From Malacoraja senta (lineage: Eukaryota), in assembly GCA_038087875.1 (NCBI GenBank), contig CM075992.1, positions 5,458,001 through 5,522,000 of the forward strand: a DNA stretch of 64,000 nucleotides, written 5' to 3'. A model generated the notes under the pieces. That model was not told where the DNA came from and did not search any database. It saw only the letters and a program-made list of their open reading frames with translations. The position numbers and the translations under genes were made by a program. Positions 1-14,856 of the stretch are shown piece after piece (within the stretch, counting starts at the first letter, position 1; each line of letters begins with the position of its first letter).

Positions 1-2589
1 TTATCACCAGTCTGCTTGCCCGAATGAGGAGACACAAGAGAATGCAGACAATTGAAAAGTATAGCACAGGAACAGGCTATGCCGAACTTAATGCCAAGAT
101 AAACGAATCTCATCTGCCTCCACATGATCCATAAATCCTCTCTCTGCATATCCATGTACCTATATAAAAGCCTCTTAAACATTTTACCATCGCTCCTTGG
201 TGCACTAATCACCCACTGGCCATTCCTCATGCACTCATTCCTCATGGCCTCTTCCCATTCCTCATTTTGCACTGGTTATCTTTGCCCATCGAAATCTGAC
301 TATGCCATTGTAAGAAGAATTATTATATCACCGGTGTATGTCTGAGTTAGAAGGATAAGATGCACAGGGGACTAGATGCTTCAACATCACCTTCACCTGT
401 CCAGAGTCCACCAATCACCCGCATGCCCTAGTCATCTTAAACTCATGTGCACTAGCTCTAGACTCCTCCGCCTCTTTAAAAAATATATTGTCGATCTTAT
501 CTATGCCCCCTCAAAATGTTATAAACCTCCTTAAGGTCACCACTCAACCTACATTCCAACTAGAGTAACTCCAGCCTCTCCATTCTCTCCTTATATCTTC
601 AGCCCTCCATTCCAGTCAACATCTTAATTACCAAACACAAAGTACTGGACAGTCTTAGTGGATCACTCAGCATCTGGGGAGGGAATGGATAGGTGATGAT
701 TCGAATTGAGACCCTTCAGTCTGAAGAAGTGTCCCCACCTGAAACAATGCCTGTCCATTCCCTCCCCAAATGCTGCCTGACCTGCTGAGTTCCTACAGCC
801 AAAGATACAGTTCCTACAGCCTTTGTGTTTTGCCTGAAATTCCAGCATCTGTAATTTCTTATCAACATTTGATGAGTCTCCTCTTCACACCCTATATGGC
901 TACCACAATCAATATCTTTTGTATAAAATTACAAGTATAACAAATATTCTCGCTGATTTGGATGGAGGAAGGGAATTATTCCTGATATCCTGCTCCTATA
1001 GATATTCCTCATTCAACATCACTGCAACAGGATGTCTAATCATGATCATATTGCTGCTTGTGGAAGCTTGCTGTGTGTAAATTGAATAGCTTTTCTTCCT
1101 TCAGCTGAGGGTAGAGAGCTATGAACAGTTGCTATGGCAAAATACAACAATAAAATAATCAAACCCATATAGATGTGTAAATAATGTAGGGAGGGGGTGG
1201 TGTTCATACTTGACAAAAAACAACAATGCTATGAAGACTTCTTTTGATTGATTCACATAAGATTGCAGCTCCAACTTTTGTCCAAGGATGCCAATCTGAT
1301 TTCTACGTGGATTATGTTAAATATACTCCCACTGCACAATATGGCACACAAACATGCTACATTTTTCACGCTATGAGAAAGCATAGATTTCAGAATGCAG
1401 GTGAAATGCTTCCAGCAGAGGGTGCACGTAACCAAAAGAACTTTCCAGAAGCTTCAGCATTGCAATCGCTCATCGGAAGCCAATGTGAGAACAGAATATC
1501 ATTGCAAGGGGACAGAGTTCCCAGGGAGAAAGGAAATGGATTCCAGTTGGCATAGTAACAATCACATTATCTGATTAACCTTGTCTGGGAAACAGGTAGA
1601 GACCGACATGATTTATGACTGATGATCAAACTCCAGTATTATGTTGATAGAGCTTAAGCCTTTGAGAGTGACGAACCATAGACTCATTCATATATGGAGG
1701 CCATTTGGCCCATTGTATCTATGCTACTTCTTTGAAAGGACTGTCCAATGAACCCAACTGTCTCTCACCCTTTCCCACAACTCTGCAAATTGTTCTCATT
1801 TATGAAAACGGCAAATCTAGCTGAAGGAGTCAACAGGATGGCCCGAGTCAAATCAAAGAGGCCCAAGAAGGGAGAGGCTTGTCCGCACCAACCCTAGATC
1901 GCTGTCATCCTTCCAGTCGCCCAGAGGGAAATGAGTAAATGCTAGCAGTCACCTGATTAATACCAACAGGAAGTGCAGCCTGACTAGTTATCCCCTGTTG
2001 CGGCTTGGGTTTTGCTTCAAGGCAAAGTACATGGCAACTAACTGGGGAGAAAGGGTTGGGAGATAGAGCAAAATTGAAAGATATAATTGGATACTCGCAC
2101 AGGCACAATGGATCAATTCCTTCTATGCCATTTGAATTTATGATTCACCATGTGCCCTTTACATTCAATTAATATAATAGTAAAATCCACTCATTAAATG
2201 TCTCAAACCATTCCAGTACTTTAAACTACAGCTAGTGAAGATTTAGTTAACTGATGTTGGTAATGGCCACTTGCCAACCTGCACCTCTCTATTGTTTGAA
2301 TGTACTGAGGAAGTTAAACATTGATGTGAAAATTATACTTGGGACTTAACTTGCATCATCTGACACTTGATTTCATTACTTTATTGGGCACACTAACTGT
2401 TTCAGGCAGCAATCATAGTTGTTTGAAAACAAGTAATTATCTCAGGTCAATAGGTGCCTAGGGAGTCTTTTAAGCTCAAGGATGATTTGCTCCCACTCTA
2501 GTTTTGGATAATCGAAAGAGGCTAACGTGTTTATGCAAGATTGCTGATTCTTCCACAAATGGAGAAAAAAAAAAGGGGTCTGTATTTTA

Positions 2590-3790
2590 GGATATTGTAC
2601 ACTTCCACTGTTATTTGCGCATTGCCTCTGTCTGCTCCTGTCACTGAAACTCAAGGTTCTCAGTCCCATCCCAAATGCTGCTCAACTTTAAGCAGGGTTT
2701 CCCTTTGGTGATTGTGAATGTTACATTTCTTCAAGGTGGCTTGAAGAACATCTTTGAAGCACTTTCTCTGCCTTCCTGGAAATGTCTGCCTGTTACAGAA
2801 CTCAAGGTAGAATGATTGCTTTTGAAAGACTGGTGACAGACATATCCACAATGCATCTCATTCAATGAAGGTTGTTGAATATGATCAGGCCTCGCTGCTG
2901 AGTATATTGAGTTCATCAACCTTGCTTCACATCTCCTGCCAAATTTTGTGGACATAATAATGGCACTATTTCTCCAGTTCCTGAGGTCTCTACTGTCGGT
3001 TGGGATTGACCCCAAAGCAGCAATGATCACTACTGATCCATAGGCCAGGAGCTTGAGATTTTGTCCGTTGTTCATCCTTCATCAGCCAAGGGATGACTGT
3101 TGCACATGAATTTTGTTATCAATTTCTTCACCATGAAAAAGAAATGTAACACTCAAATGGAGGAGCATTTTGGATGATCCTAAGAACCATGTGCTTTGAT
3201 GAAGGTCCTGGGATGAACATTAATTTACAGTTTCAAGCTACCTATGATCATTAGTTATTGTAGGGAGCAATGATTGTAATGTAGCAAAACAAGATTAGTA
3301 GAGGACCTTTGTCTTCTGGATGTTTTGTGTGAGGACCATCTTTTCACTAAATTGAAGGAGTCAATGATGTGGAGCATGTTTTCTAAAGTTGCACTATCTT
3401 GACTTTGAAGAAGAGGCAATGGAAATTGAACAGTTTTCTGCTCCAAATGTGGACCAACACATCAGTTGGAGGTGAAGTATGTGTTTCAATGATGAAGTTT
3501 GATAGATCACAGATTCTTTATGATTGGGCAGCAGATGTTGGATCCAACGGCTTTTGGAAGACAGCCACATCTGCAAGGAATCATCCATATTTGGGCGGTG
3601 TTAAATGTTTATACAGTATCAAAAAAGATTTTATGGTTGGAGCTGTCTTCTGCAATTTTCATTGATTTTTCACATGCAGCAATATGCAGGATTTATTGAT
3701 GGAAATTTGCTATTATGACTCCTCAGCTGATATGAGGGGACAGATGAGGAGGATCCTTGTGAGGACTTTCCCTGCATCAGATAACCGGAA
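2590..3790 (-). mobile_element. Degenerate RTE-clade LINE fragment
   Basis: Minus-strand peptides GRQRKCFKDVLQATLKKCNI and LKLLAYGSVVI resemble the RTE ORF C-terminus; many frameshifts; boundaries approximate. Confidence 0.65.
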
Positions 3791-4293
3791 GACCCCATTA
3801 TAATTACTGTAATCAGACCCCCATTCTTGAGGAACACCAGGTTGCAGATACTATAATCTGAAGCCAGAAAAAGGAGGGAAGCTGGAGGAAATTAGTGGGT
3901 CAGGCAGCATCTGTGGAGGGAAATAGATAGTCGGCGTTTTGGATCGAGGCTTTTCATCAAGATAGTGGCTATGATCATACATCTCTAAGGTTCTCTTGCA
4001 TTCTCCCGTCATCTTATATGTGGGAAATGAGATCATGAATTAGTGCCAAAAGTACTTCTCCACCATGTTTTAATACATCTCAATGGGATTTCCTCACTCC
4101 AGAGGCCTTGTACAACAAAAGATTCCCACATTTGTCATTCAGAAGATAGATTTAGGAATGTCTTCCCCAGATTGGATGAAGAAGCAAATTAATTGCTTGG
4201 AGATGGCAAAAGCAAACTCAGTTGAAATTATATAAAATAACATGTGAATTTGTATCACTATAAATGACAGGTAAAGTAACAGACAAAGATATT

Positions 4294-4423
4294 TGTTTAA
4301 AAAGGAACTGCAGATGCTGGAACAATCGAAGGTAGACAAAAATGCTGGAGAAACTCAGCTGGTGAGGCAGCATCTATGGAGCAAAGGAATGGGTGATGTT
4401 TCGGGTCGAGGCCCTTCTTCAGA
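4294..4423 (-). mobile_element. Penelope-derived terminal fragment with 11-bp TSD
   Basis: acaaagatatt at 4283-93 and 4424-34; reverse-strand CTGAAGAAGGG...GAAAC core at 4395-4422. Confidence 0.75.
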
Positions 4424-7086
4424 ACAAAGATATTGCTCATGATTCTGCTATTGGTATGAACTGCAGATAAGAGTCCAACTGAAATATGAGTCCTAAAGTA
4501 CTTAATCTTGCATTATCTGCAGTTTATACCAATACTAGAATGATGAACAAAATATCGTTGTCAAAATACCTTACGTCATTTAGCAAGATTAAGTACTTTA
4601 GGACTCATATCTCATTGTGGATTTGGTCGTTTTTGGTTAATAGGCCTGCTGTCAAACACGATTACCCACTCAGTTTCTACTTTGCACTTTGAAGAATACA
4701 TCTCTGTGAATTCTCTAAAGTCGTCAACCATAATACATATTCTTAGTTCTATTTATTATAACCACCTCACCATTATTAATCGAGAAACAATATTAGTGTT
4801 CTTTAATATTAAATAAAATCATCTTTTGTATAATAGGCATGAATGGATCTGTAAGGCCAAATGGCCTATTTTGGGGCAACTCATTCTTTGCAATATTTTG
4901 AAAATTAGGCTTCCGGCTAGAATAACTGTCCTCTAATTCAAGGAGCACTTATGCCAAATAGAGCTCACCCACCTGCTGCTAATTTACATCAAATCAGCAG
5001 TTGAACCTAATGCTTCTGTTCATTTGTTATGGTTCTTCAGCCACTGTCTAGAGCAGCAAAAAGATTTGATAAGCCTTTAATTACCTGTTGACGTTTTGTT
5101 TGAAACAACCAAGGATAAATGTGTGTTGCTACACCAAATGAAACAGTCAAATGTTTTTCCTTCCTAGACTCCGGTCTCCGACTCCCTTGATGATTCAGTG
5201 CAATAGAGTGAAGTTTTGATGATATTTACTTTATGACTTCCTTAGTTTGTACTCACATTTATTGGACTCTGGCTTCCAATCCCGTTCAAATAACTTTTCA
5301 CACTCCAGGCTAGTACCTTTCTCTTAATAACTATTGAGGAAGTGAAAAAGTTAAACAATCCCTAACAAAAGCTCAGGATAATGTCCAGAATATATCCAGG
5401 AGGTCCTGCAAGCTCCAGTCAAAGTCTTTACCTATAGTCAGGCACATTTTAACCTTGATTGGCTTATTCCTACTTAGTTCAGACTTGCCTGTTTGATCAT
5501 TTGGCTGTTTTCATGGAATTCCTTTGAGGCAGCTCTGAATGGTATGTGGGTGATGTATCGACAAGTCTACACTAAACAAATGCCTAAAAAATAACTCACT
5601 TGCGTTGTTGGACAGCAAAGCAACTGATTTCAGCCCCAGACAAAAAGTATCTTACTGGGAAACAGTCCATTTGTTGATAGACACAAAATGCTGAAGTAAC
5701 TCAGCGAGACGGGCAGCATCCCTGGATAGAAGAAATGGGTGACGTTTCAGGTCTCGATCCAAAACATCACCCATTCCTCCTATCCAGAAATGCTACCTGT
5801 CCCACTGAGTTACTCCAGCATTTTGTGTCTATCATTGATGTAAACCAGCATCTGCAGTTCCTTCCTAAACAGTACACTTGTTTTCCACTTAGCTTGTTGC
5901 AATCATCAATATTGTTGCTTAAACTAAATAGAAATTCTCCCTATGAGATTTAAACTCCTTGTGCTATCCTTCAGGGGATAAGGTGGTATTGTAGTTAACT
6001 TGGAATCACAAAGAACTGCAGATGCTGGAATCTTGAGCAAAACACAAAGTGCTGTAGTAACAGGTCAGGCAGTATCTGTGGACAGAAATGGATAGCGACA
6101 TTTTGAGTCGGGATCCTTCTACAAAGATCCTGAGTCTGACCCTGATAATAAATGGGCAGTGACACCCACATCTCTTGAATAAATACATTTTATTTTAAAT
6201 GTGACATAATTCCATGACCCCATCTGCTTTCAGTTGGGGCAAATTATCCAAGGGCACTATTTTTCCTTTGTTTTCCAACCAATACTTTCCCCTTCAAAAT
6301 AACTTTTATCATATTTGTGGGAGCTTGCTATCCATAATGTGACTACCGAGATGACCTAATTATGAAATTGACTATTTAAAAAAAAAATCTTGGTTGACAG
6401 TAAACATTTTTGGGATGATGTGACTAGTGCTATATAAATGCAAATTGTTCACTTTTGTGAAAAAAAGACTCAATAATTGTCAGCTATTCTTCAATACATC
6501 CATAAGCTTCTTTCGAAATAGTTTATTTTATGTTTCTGGATTTAAAAAAAACTTGAACTATGAATTCAACATTAATTTTTCAAAACACATTATTATGTAA
6601 CTGTTGCCTGTCCAAAGCCAAGATCCAGTTGTTCAGGCACCATGATAACATCACTGTTCCAACAGTAGAGATTTTGAGTGGTTAGGATTACAATGACACA
6701 TACCCCATTGAGATGTCGCTGGTGCAGACTTTCCAAAACTCCTGTCTAACTGGGAGATGTCTGCTTGGCTTTGTTTCAAACACATTAACAACAAAATTAA
6801 AATTAAAAAAAACCAGCATCCCCTATTAATTACATGCTGGATCACAACAATATTGATTGTGTTAAGTTAAAGGAAGGCTTGTATTACATGGATAGGAGCA
6901 TTTTACCATCCAATGTATTCTAATAACCACTTCCAAGGAAATGCAAGCACAATTTACATAATTTCTTCTTAGCAATTAGCCCGTGCGGCCCTAATAATAT
7001 TCTGATGAATCCGGGCTGCACTCAGTTAACATAACTTTATTTTGGTTCGGATCTCAGCAGAGTACAGATTATTCCAAATATAAGGA

Positions 7087-7270
7087 AGACACAAAATGCT
7101 GGAGTAACTCAGCGGGACAGGCAGCATCTCTGGGGAGAAGGAATGGGTGACGTTTCGGGTCATCTGAAGGTTTCAGTCTGAAGAAGGGTCTTGACCCGAA
7201 ATGTCACCCATTCCATCTCCCCAGAGATGCTGTCTGTCCCGCTGAGTTACTCCAGCGATTTGTGCCTTCC
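7087..7270. mobile_element. Self-inverted Penelope-derived element
   Basis: About 75-bp inverted arms around CTGAAGAAGGGTCTTGACCCGAAATGTC (7178-7205). Confidence 0.8.
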
Positions 7271-7329
7271 ATAAGTTAGACCTTCTCTGTCTCATGTGGG
7301 CACATTAAGTAGTCACATCTTAGGCAGAT

Positions 7330-7990
7330 GGAAAAGACTGACAACTGCTATTTATACAGTTAATGGCAAGATCCTTAACAGCATTGATGTGCAGAGGGAT
7401 CTTGGAGTTCAAGTTCATAGCTCACTGAAGGCGGCAGCACAAGTAGATAGGGTGGTTAAGAAGGCGTATGGTATGCTTTGCCTTCTTTGCTAGGGGCATT
7501 GAATATATGAGTCAGGAAGCTATGTTGCAACTCTATAGGACTTTGGTTGGACCATGTTTGGAGTATTACATGCAGTTCTGGTGCCACATTGCAGAAAAGA
7601 TGTGGAGGCTTTTGAAAGAGTGCAGAGGAAGTTTAGAGGATTTCAGCTACACGGAGGGTTTCGATAGACTTGGATTGTTTTCTATGGAGATTATGGGATG
7701 ACATTTTAGGAGTATACAAAATTATGAGAGGCATAGATAGGATAGACAGTCAGAATCTTTTTCCCAGAGTACATCACTAGAGGGCATAGCAATAACGTGA
7801 AAGAGGGAAAATGTAATGGAGATGTGCAGGCTGTTTTTTTAAACAAAGGGCCTGGAACGCACTGCTAGTGGTGATGGAGGAGTGCCGTTTAAGTGGCTTT
7901 TTAGATAGTGCAGGGAATAGAGGGATATGGATCATGTACAGGCAGATGAGATTAGTTCTACTTAGGGCCTGTTCCTGTGCTGTACTGTTC
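7330..7990 (+). mobile_element. Old CR1 LINE 3' fragment
   Basis: QRDLGVQVHSSLK...VKKAYGML and LQLYRTLVGPCLEY in broken frames. Confidence 0.8.
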
Positions 7991-8729
7991 CAACTGCTGA
8001 TGGAAACAACATTTTAGCAGTGTGGATCTCCTGCAAATATTTCCTCAGCTTCTTTCGAGTCGTTTGTTTCCATAAGCAGCTTAAGCAATATATATATATA
8101 TATATTGCACCTGCAGGACAAATTCTGGAAATACTCCACAGGTCGGATGGGCATCTGTGGAAAGAGAAAAAAAAGGTAATGATTAAGGTTGAAGATCTCT
8201 TTTCAAAACCAGGAAAGAAGGAATAAAAGTTACTGACAATAGGTGCAGTAGGCCATTTGGCCCTTCGAGCCAGCACCGCCATTCAATGTGATCATGGCTG
8301 ATCATCCCCAATCAGTACCCCGTTCCTGCCTTCTCCCCATATCCCCTGACTACGCTATTTTTAAGAGCCCTATCTAGCTCTCTCTTGAAAGCATCCAGAG
8401 AACCTGCCTCCACTGCCCTCTGAGGCAGAGAATTCCACTTTCAGTTGCAAAGAGGATAAGGGAGAGATGAATATAACAAAGGAATTATCTTTGATATGGT
8501 GAGGCCACTGCATGAAGTCACCCAGTTGATACCCAATGCTGGAAGTTAATGAGTGATAAAGTTAACAAAGGAACAAAATAAGTTATTAAATAAAGAGAGA
8601 GGAAAAAATACACTCAAAGCTGTGAAATGCAGAACTGTAACAAATGCTCAAACAGTATTAGTGGGGTGAAAACTATTCTGATACTGCAGATAGATGACCT
8701 ACAGCTAAACGTGCCAGATCTGGTACAGA

Positions 8730-9230
8730 GAGTAGACACAAAATGCAGGAGTAACTCAGCGGGACAGGCAGCATCTCTGGAGAGAAGGAATGGGTGACAT
8801 TTCAGTTCGAGACCCTTCTTCAGACTGATCAGAGAGAGTGAGTTTGCTGAAAATGTAGAATTTGATAATGAATCCAAAAGGCAGCAATACAGAAGATGGG
8901 GTATTGTTCGCAAGTTTACATTATAACAGGGCAGGAGGTCACAATAGGGCAGAGTGGGAGTGGGGTAGAGAATTGAAGTGTGAGGGAGAAAAGAAAACTC
9001 AGAGTCGTGGCGAACTGTGGCGAATGCAGGTATTCCGCAAAGCAATCACCATATCTGAGGTTTGTGTAAACGAGACCACCTTGAGAGCACTGAATGGAAT
9101 ATATTACCTTAGAGGAAGTGCAAGTGGATCATTCTTTCAGCTGCAGGGAATGTTTGAATGGTAGAAAGAGAAGAGATAAAAGAACAGGTGTGGCACCTGG
9201 TGCAGTTGCATGGGAAAGTGCCAAAGCAAC
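8730..9230 (-). mobile_element. Degenerate Penelope-like element (zinc-finger/GIY-YIG remnant plus terminal repeat)
   Basis: GTFPCNCTRCHTCSFISSL on the minus strand; terminal repeat at 8733-8823. A similar relic lies at about 9790-10500. Confidence 0.6.
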
Positions 9231-12209
9231 CTGGAGTACTATTACACCAAAACCAGTGTCCAGGTGCTAGACTCATATTTGTATTTGAATCAGCAGGATT
9301 TGGAATACCGGAAAATATTTGTCTCTTTGTATAATACATCATGTCTCGTTGTTATTGAATAACTATGAACATCTAACAGGCAGATGTTTGTGTTCAATGG
9401 GTCAACGAGGGTCTAATCACGGCTCATAAGTAATGCCATCAAAACAAGCAATAATGGTGTATGAAAAGCAAAGGGAAATGGATGCTGGAAATCTAAATGA
9501 GGAAGAGAAAAGAGCGTGATGAAATACCTGGCAAGATAGGCTGCATCTGTAGAGAGGGTAAACTTCACACAAAGGGTGGTGGGTGTATGGAACCAGCCGC
9601 TAGAGGAGATAGTTGAGGCAGGGACTATCCCAACATTTAAGAAACAGACAGGGACATGGATAGGACAGGTTTGGAGGGATATAGACCAAGCGCAGGCAGG
9701 TGGGACTGGTGTAGCTGACACATGTTGGCCGGTGGGGAAGTTGGACCTGTTTCCAAGCTGTATCATTCTATGACTCTAAAGGCTGCTTCAGGAGAGAGAA
9801 TAAACTGGGTAAATGTTACAAATAGATGAGCTTTCATTACATAATTCAGATACAGTCTTGAAATGGTGACTATCTGAAATTGCTGATTTCAGTGATGAAT
9901 CCTGAGGGCTTTACTGTTCCAGGTCAAAAGATCAGACATTGTTTCTGAAGCTTACATTTTACTGGAAGAGGATACAAATCCAAAGACAGAGGGGGCAATG
10001 GGGGAGTGGGATGGGGAATTAAAGTGACAGGCTCAGGGTCACCTTTGCAGATTAAATAAAGCTGTGTTTCATAAAGTGGTTCGATTTCTCCAAATAGAGG
10101 AGACCACATTGTGTGCACTAAAAGCAATACTCTAGAATGGGAGTACACCAATCAACGATTCACCTGAATTCAAACTGGATCACTAGATAGCGAGAAGGGG
10201 AGAGCTAAAAGGGCAGGTTGCGAGGGAAGTTTTGATGGAGATGGAATAATGAAGCTGGGAGTTGCAAAATGGTCCCTTTCGATTGCTGAAAGATGAGAGA
10301 ATGGGAAGATGCATCCAGTGGTGGCGTTCAGTAGCATAAATAATCGAGGAAATGTGTTAAATATAGAGGCTGGTGGGTGAAAGTTGAGGACAAAGAGATC
10401 CCTATATTTTTGTTGCGTGGGAGGAGAGGAGGTTAAGAACAGAATTGTGGGAAATGGAACAAATGTGATTGAGAGCCCTGTTAATTATGAAGGAGGAGTC
10501 ACAGCACTATTGACAATTAAGAAGAAAGGAAAACATCATTATTTTTAATTGATGTCTATCTGCATGAGGAGAGATGTGTAATGCCATAGCAATACTCTGG
10601 GTGATGTGTGTTTCTGCTGCCTATGCCAACTTGGAATTAAAACATTGACCATAACTTTGTCAAATTATAATATAAAACTCATCTGGTTAATCTCAGTTCT
10701 TCATGGTGCAACCTGCCCCCTGTGAGAAGTGTCGATATAAGATTTCACTCTTACACCATTATGTAAGCATGCTCCTCTCTGACCCAACAAGCCCCTCAAC
10801 TGTGTCAAACAGAAGTAAGAGTTCCTTCAACACATCGTACAAGCAAGGAAGAGTAGATGCTAGTTTACAGACTACTGAGGAAAAGTCCCGACCTGAAATG
10901 TCACCTATCCATGTCCTGCAGAGCTGCTGCCTGACTCGTTACCACAGCACTGTATGTCCTTTCCGTCAATACAAAACTGAATGCTTTAAGAAAATGGTGA
11001 CTCACACCACCTACTCAAAGATAAATATAGTTAGCCAATAAATGTTAGGTTATTCAAGCAGTGATCATCCAGCCTTTGCCATTACCTGGAATTAATGATA
11101 AAAATGAATCCTAATAAAGTACTTAACAGCTCGAAAGAAAATAAGGTTTTTTGTTAAAATGTTGCAACTGTATGAGTGTAATAAAGATGTCATCTCTTTA
11201 TGAAGCAAATAGTCCCAGCATCAATTCATTGAATTCTGCAGCATAATTACTTTGAATGCTTGTTACAGACATCATTGATTCAATGGAAACGTGTATTAGT
11301 GGGCTGAAATCATCTGTAAATGTTCCTGGAATGAATGAAGCTTGCAGAACATTCATTTGTTCATTTAGTCCAACTCTCTTTTTGAAAAATATTACTTAAA
11401 TTGCATCCTGCAACTTTCCAAACAGTGAATATCGCTCATAAAACTATAAAACAACTTATTTTGTCAATTGTCTTAAATCTGTGTGTTTTTTGATTAACAG
11501 TCCATCTTACAGAAGCAGCTTTTCCCTATCTAAATTAAGTCCCTCAAATGTTGGATTCCTCTATTGAATCTTCTATTTTCCTCTTCTTTGATTTACTTCC
11601 CTAATCTCTTCACTTTTTGCTCACTGGTATCTTGAAGTGGATGATGCAGAGTGAATTGCATAAAGAAAATTCAGCCAGCTATCAGAAATGTTGTATTCCC
11701 TCTGCATGAGTTACCCAGAATTGGTCATGCATCAAACACTATTTGGTCAGTGCTGGTGTTTATGACCTTTTCCAAGCCTTCTTCACCCCTCTTCATCTCA
11801 GTTTATTCCTCTTATCGTTCTTCCTCATGTTTATATCTAGATTCAAATGCATATATGGTATTTGCCTCAACTAATCCTCCCATTTTCTGCACCATTCTCT
11901 ATTGGCAGTATGAATGATTATCTTAATCTCGTTCCCCCTGTTCTGCTCTATTCCTTCTGTATTTCTATCATAATCACTATAACTTCATCTCAGTTTATAA
12001 GGATAAACTGAGATGAAGAGAGGTAGAGGATTGTAAAGAACATAAGCATCAGCACTGACTAAATAGTGTTTGATTTCCATCAAATCACTATAACATACTC
12101 TTTTCAAAAAGAGTTCCAGCCTATTCAATCTTACCTGAAGGGTGGAATCTCTTATAGTTCTGATTTTAATCTTGTGAATCACTTCTGCACCTTCTGATAT
12201 GTTTTGTTA

Positions 12210-12859
12210 CGGGGCTGTCCCACTTGGGCGACATAATTGGCGAGTTTAGAAGAGTTTGAAAAAATGACATGTTGAAGACCTCCTTCGACTATGTAGAAGA
12301 CCTCCTTCGACCTCCTTCGACTATGTTGAAGACTAGCCTCGACTAGCTTCGGGAAAATTGGACACCAAATAGTGGAGAGTGAAGACGATCTCCTTCGATC
12401 TCCTTCGACCTCCCTTCGACTATGATGAAGACTAGCCTCGACTAGCTTCGGGAAAATTGGACACCAAATAGTGGAGAGTGAAGACGATCTCCTTCGACCT
12501 CCCTTCGACTATGATGAAGACTATCTACGACTACCTTTGACTACCTTCAATTACCTTAGACTACCCTCGATTACCTACGAATAACATGACGACCTACTAC
12601 GACCTACCATGACTAAATCTACGAGTAAAAAGAGTATCGATTTTTTCCATGGCGACCTTTTCTTACTCGTAGGCATTTTTTAACATATTGAAAAAAACGC
12701 CACGACCTAGCTGAGGCCTCGAGTACGCGGAGACCACTCTCGAGCATGAAGGAGAGTTACAAAGACCTCCTACGACCTTGTGTGACCATGCTGTGAGTAT
12801 GAGTCGAGGGCAAACTCGCCAGAACTCGCGGATTAGGTCGCCCAAGTGGGACAGGCCCT
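12210..12859. mobile_element. Non-autonomous DNA transposon (MITE), PIF/Harbinger-like
   Basis: TIRs GGGGCTGTCCCACTTGGGCGAC / GTCGCCCAAGTGGGACAGGCCC; 3-bp TSD TTA (12207-09, 12860-62); internal CTTCGAC-type repeats and an internal duplication of about 99 bp. Confidence 0.75.
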
Positions 12860-13035
12860 TTATGCTTTTACAATATGGACACCAGAATATGTTTCATTGA
12901 ACACTGTATTTTCTAAGCTGCTAATGATGAACATTTAGACTGTAAGAGAATCAAGGGTAATACGAAATGGGCAGGAAGGTGGAATAGAAGCCCACAATTA
13001 TATCAGATCAATACAATACAATACAATACAATACA

Positions 13036-13601
13036 AGAGATGCAACACTTGTCCCTTCACCTCCACCCTCGACTCCATTCAAGGACCCAAGCAGTCGTTC
13101 CAGGTGCGACAGAGGTTCATCTGCATCTCCTCCAACCTTATCTATTGCATCCGCTGCTCTAGATGTCAGCTGATCTACATCGGTGAGACCAAGCGGAGGC
13201 TTGGCGATCGTTTCGCCGAACACCTCCGTTCAGTCCGCAATAACCAACCTGACCTCCCGGTGGCTCAGCACTTCAACTCCCCCTCCCATTCCGTATCCGA
13301 CCTCTCTGTCCTGGGTCTCCTCCATGGCCAGAGCGAGCAACACCGGAAATTGGAGGAAATGCACCTCATATTCCGCTTGGGTAGTCTGCATCCTGGGGGC
13401 ATGAAGATTGAATTCTCCCAATTTTGCTAGCCCTTGCTGTCTCCTCCCCTTCCTCAGTCCTCGGGCTGTCTCCTCCCATCCCTCAGCCCTCGGGCTCCTC
13501 CTCCGCCTTTTTCCTTTCTTCTCCCCACCCCCCATCAGTCTGAAGAAGGGTTTCGGCCCGAAACGTTGCCTATTTCCTTCGCTCCATAGATGCTGCTGCA
13601 C
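13036..13601 (+). mobile_element. Penelope-like retroelement 3' end: intact GIY-YIG endonuclease C-terminus plus terminal repeat
   Basis: RCNTCPF...LIYCIRCSRCQLIYIGETKRRLGDRFAEH...VAQHFN...LIFRLGSLHPGGM (stop 13428-30); hammerhead-like core at 13540-67; preceded by (CAATA)n at 13008-35. Confidence 0.9.
13540..13567 (+). ncRNA. Minimal hammerhead-ribozyme-like motif in Penelope terminal repeat
   Basis: CTGAAGA-A-GGGT(TTCG)GCCC-GAAA-CGTT: both core boxes, a UUCG-capped stem II and a palindromic ACGT stem III. Penelope-like elements are known to carry such motifs. Activity is untested. Confidence 0.55.
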
Positions 13602-14856
13602 ACATAAAGTGCAAGTGAAATGAATTTGTAGATCTGATCATATTAAATGGTTAAATAGTGAAGTGGGCTGCATGGTCTACATCTGTCACTTGTAATGGTT
13701 TTATGTAATCTCAAGTGTCTGCTCTAATCAAGGTTTGATATATTTTACGTTCCTGCTTTTCAGTTCTACCTTTAGAAATGATCCAGTTGTTTTGCAGAAG
13801 TCCAAAGAGGCTGCAGATATTGGGAACTACAGCAAAGAACAAACTGCTGAAGGAACTCAGTGGGTCAGGCAGTATCTGTGGAGGGAAATGGAAGGGAATG
13901 GAAGACTTTATTGTTATATGTGACAAGGCACAGTGAAATTCTTTGCTTGCATACCCAAGGTATGCAAATAGTCGCCACATACGGTGTTGACAAAGTTACA
14001 AAATAACTCTCCTTTGTTTCTTTCGGCTCCTCCTTTGTTCTCCCATCCCCCTCCGGGTCCTCATTGTTCTCCCTCCACTCCCCTCCCACCGGGTGGTCCC
14101 ACCACGGCAGGTTCTCTATTGTTCATTGTTCTTCCCCCTCAAACACCATAATCATTCATCATCAAAATAAAGAAGGGTGCTGACCCAAAACATCGTCAGT
14201 CCATTTGCCTCCGCGAATGTTACAATAGGGTTTTAGCTGTACTTCTCCATGGCTCTTAACCACATGTACTCAATAAAAGTAGCCATTTAGGAGAGATGTG
14301 ATGCCAGTTCCCATTGAACTAAGTGGCAGGGCTAGGCAAGCAGAAGCTCTTGGGTAAAAGCCCAAGCATCTATTATTCATCACTGTCTGCAACTGCTGCC
14401 AAATCTACCTGGGTGTGTCCTGAGGTTTCATCGCATGATCTTACTGTGTGCAATTCTGTTTGCCATGCTACAGGAAGGATGTGATTATGTTAGAAAGCGT
14501 GCAGAATAGATTCACAAGAATGTTGCCAGGACGAGGTTTAAAGAGAGATTGAATAGGCAGGGACTCTTTTCCCAGGGAGGGCTGAATTTATAGATGTTAA
14601 TACGTTTTTTTTCTCAGGGTAAGTGTGTCTAAAACTAGGAAACAAAGATTTAAGATGAGGGAGGAAATAGTTGAAGGGAATCTGAGCAGCAAGCTGCACC
14701 CACAGTGTGATGGATATATGGAACGAGCTGCCAGAGGAGGTGGTTGAGGCAGGTATAATTGCAATATTTAAAAGACATTTGGACAGGTACGAGGAAAGGA
14801 AATGTTTTGGGGGATATGGGTGAAATGTAGACTGATAGGATTAACATAAAGAGGCA

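Noticed and set aside
1244..1555. 103-aa ORF containing DYVK, similar to the NSP YVK junction
   Set aside because: No GT donor follows YVK, the start is non-ATG and there is no other similarity; treated as chance.
5168..5541. Strong acceptor (tttttccttcctAG) with a possible donor G|GTATGT
   Set aside because: All frames close quickly and no partner exon could be linked. It could be a UTR or terminal exon, but this is unsupported.
6310..6450. Possible ancient DeuSINE/L2-tail relics (also about 1047-1085, 17160-17400 and 53560-53900)
   Set aside because: Too degenerate to assign a family or boundaries by eye.
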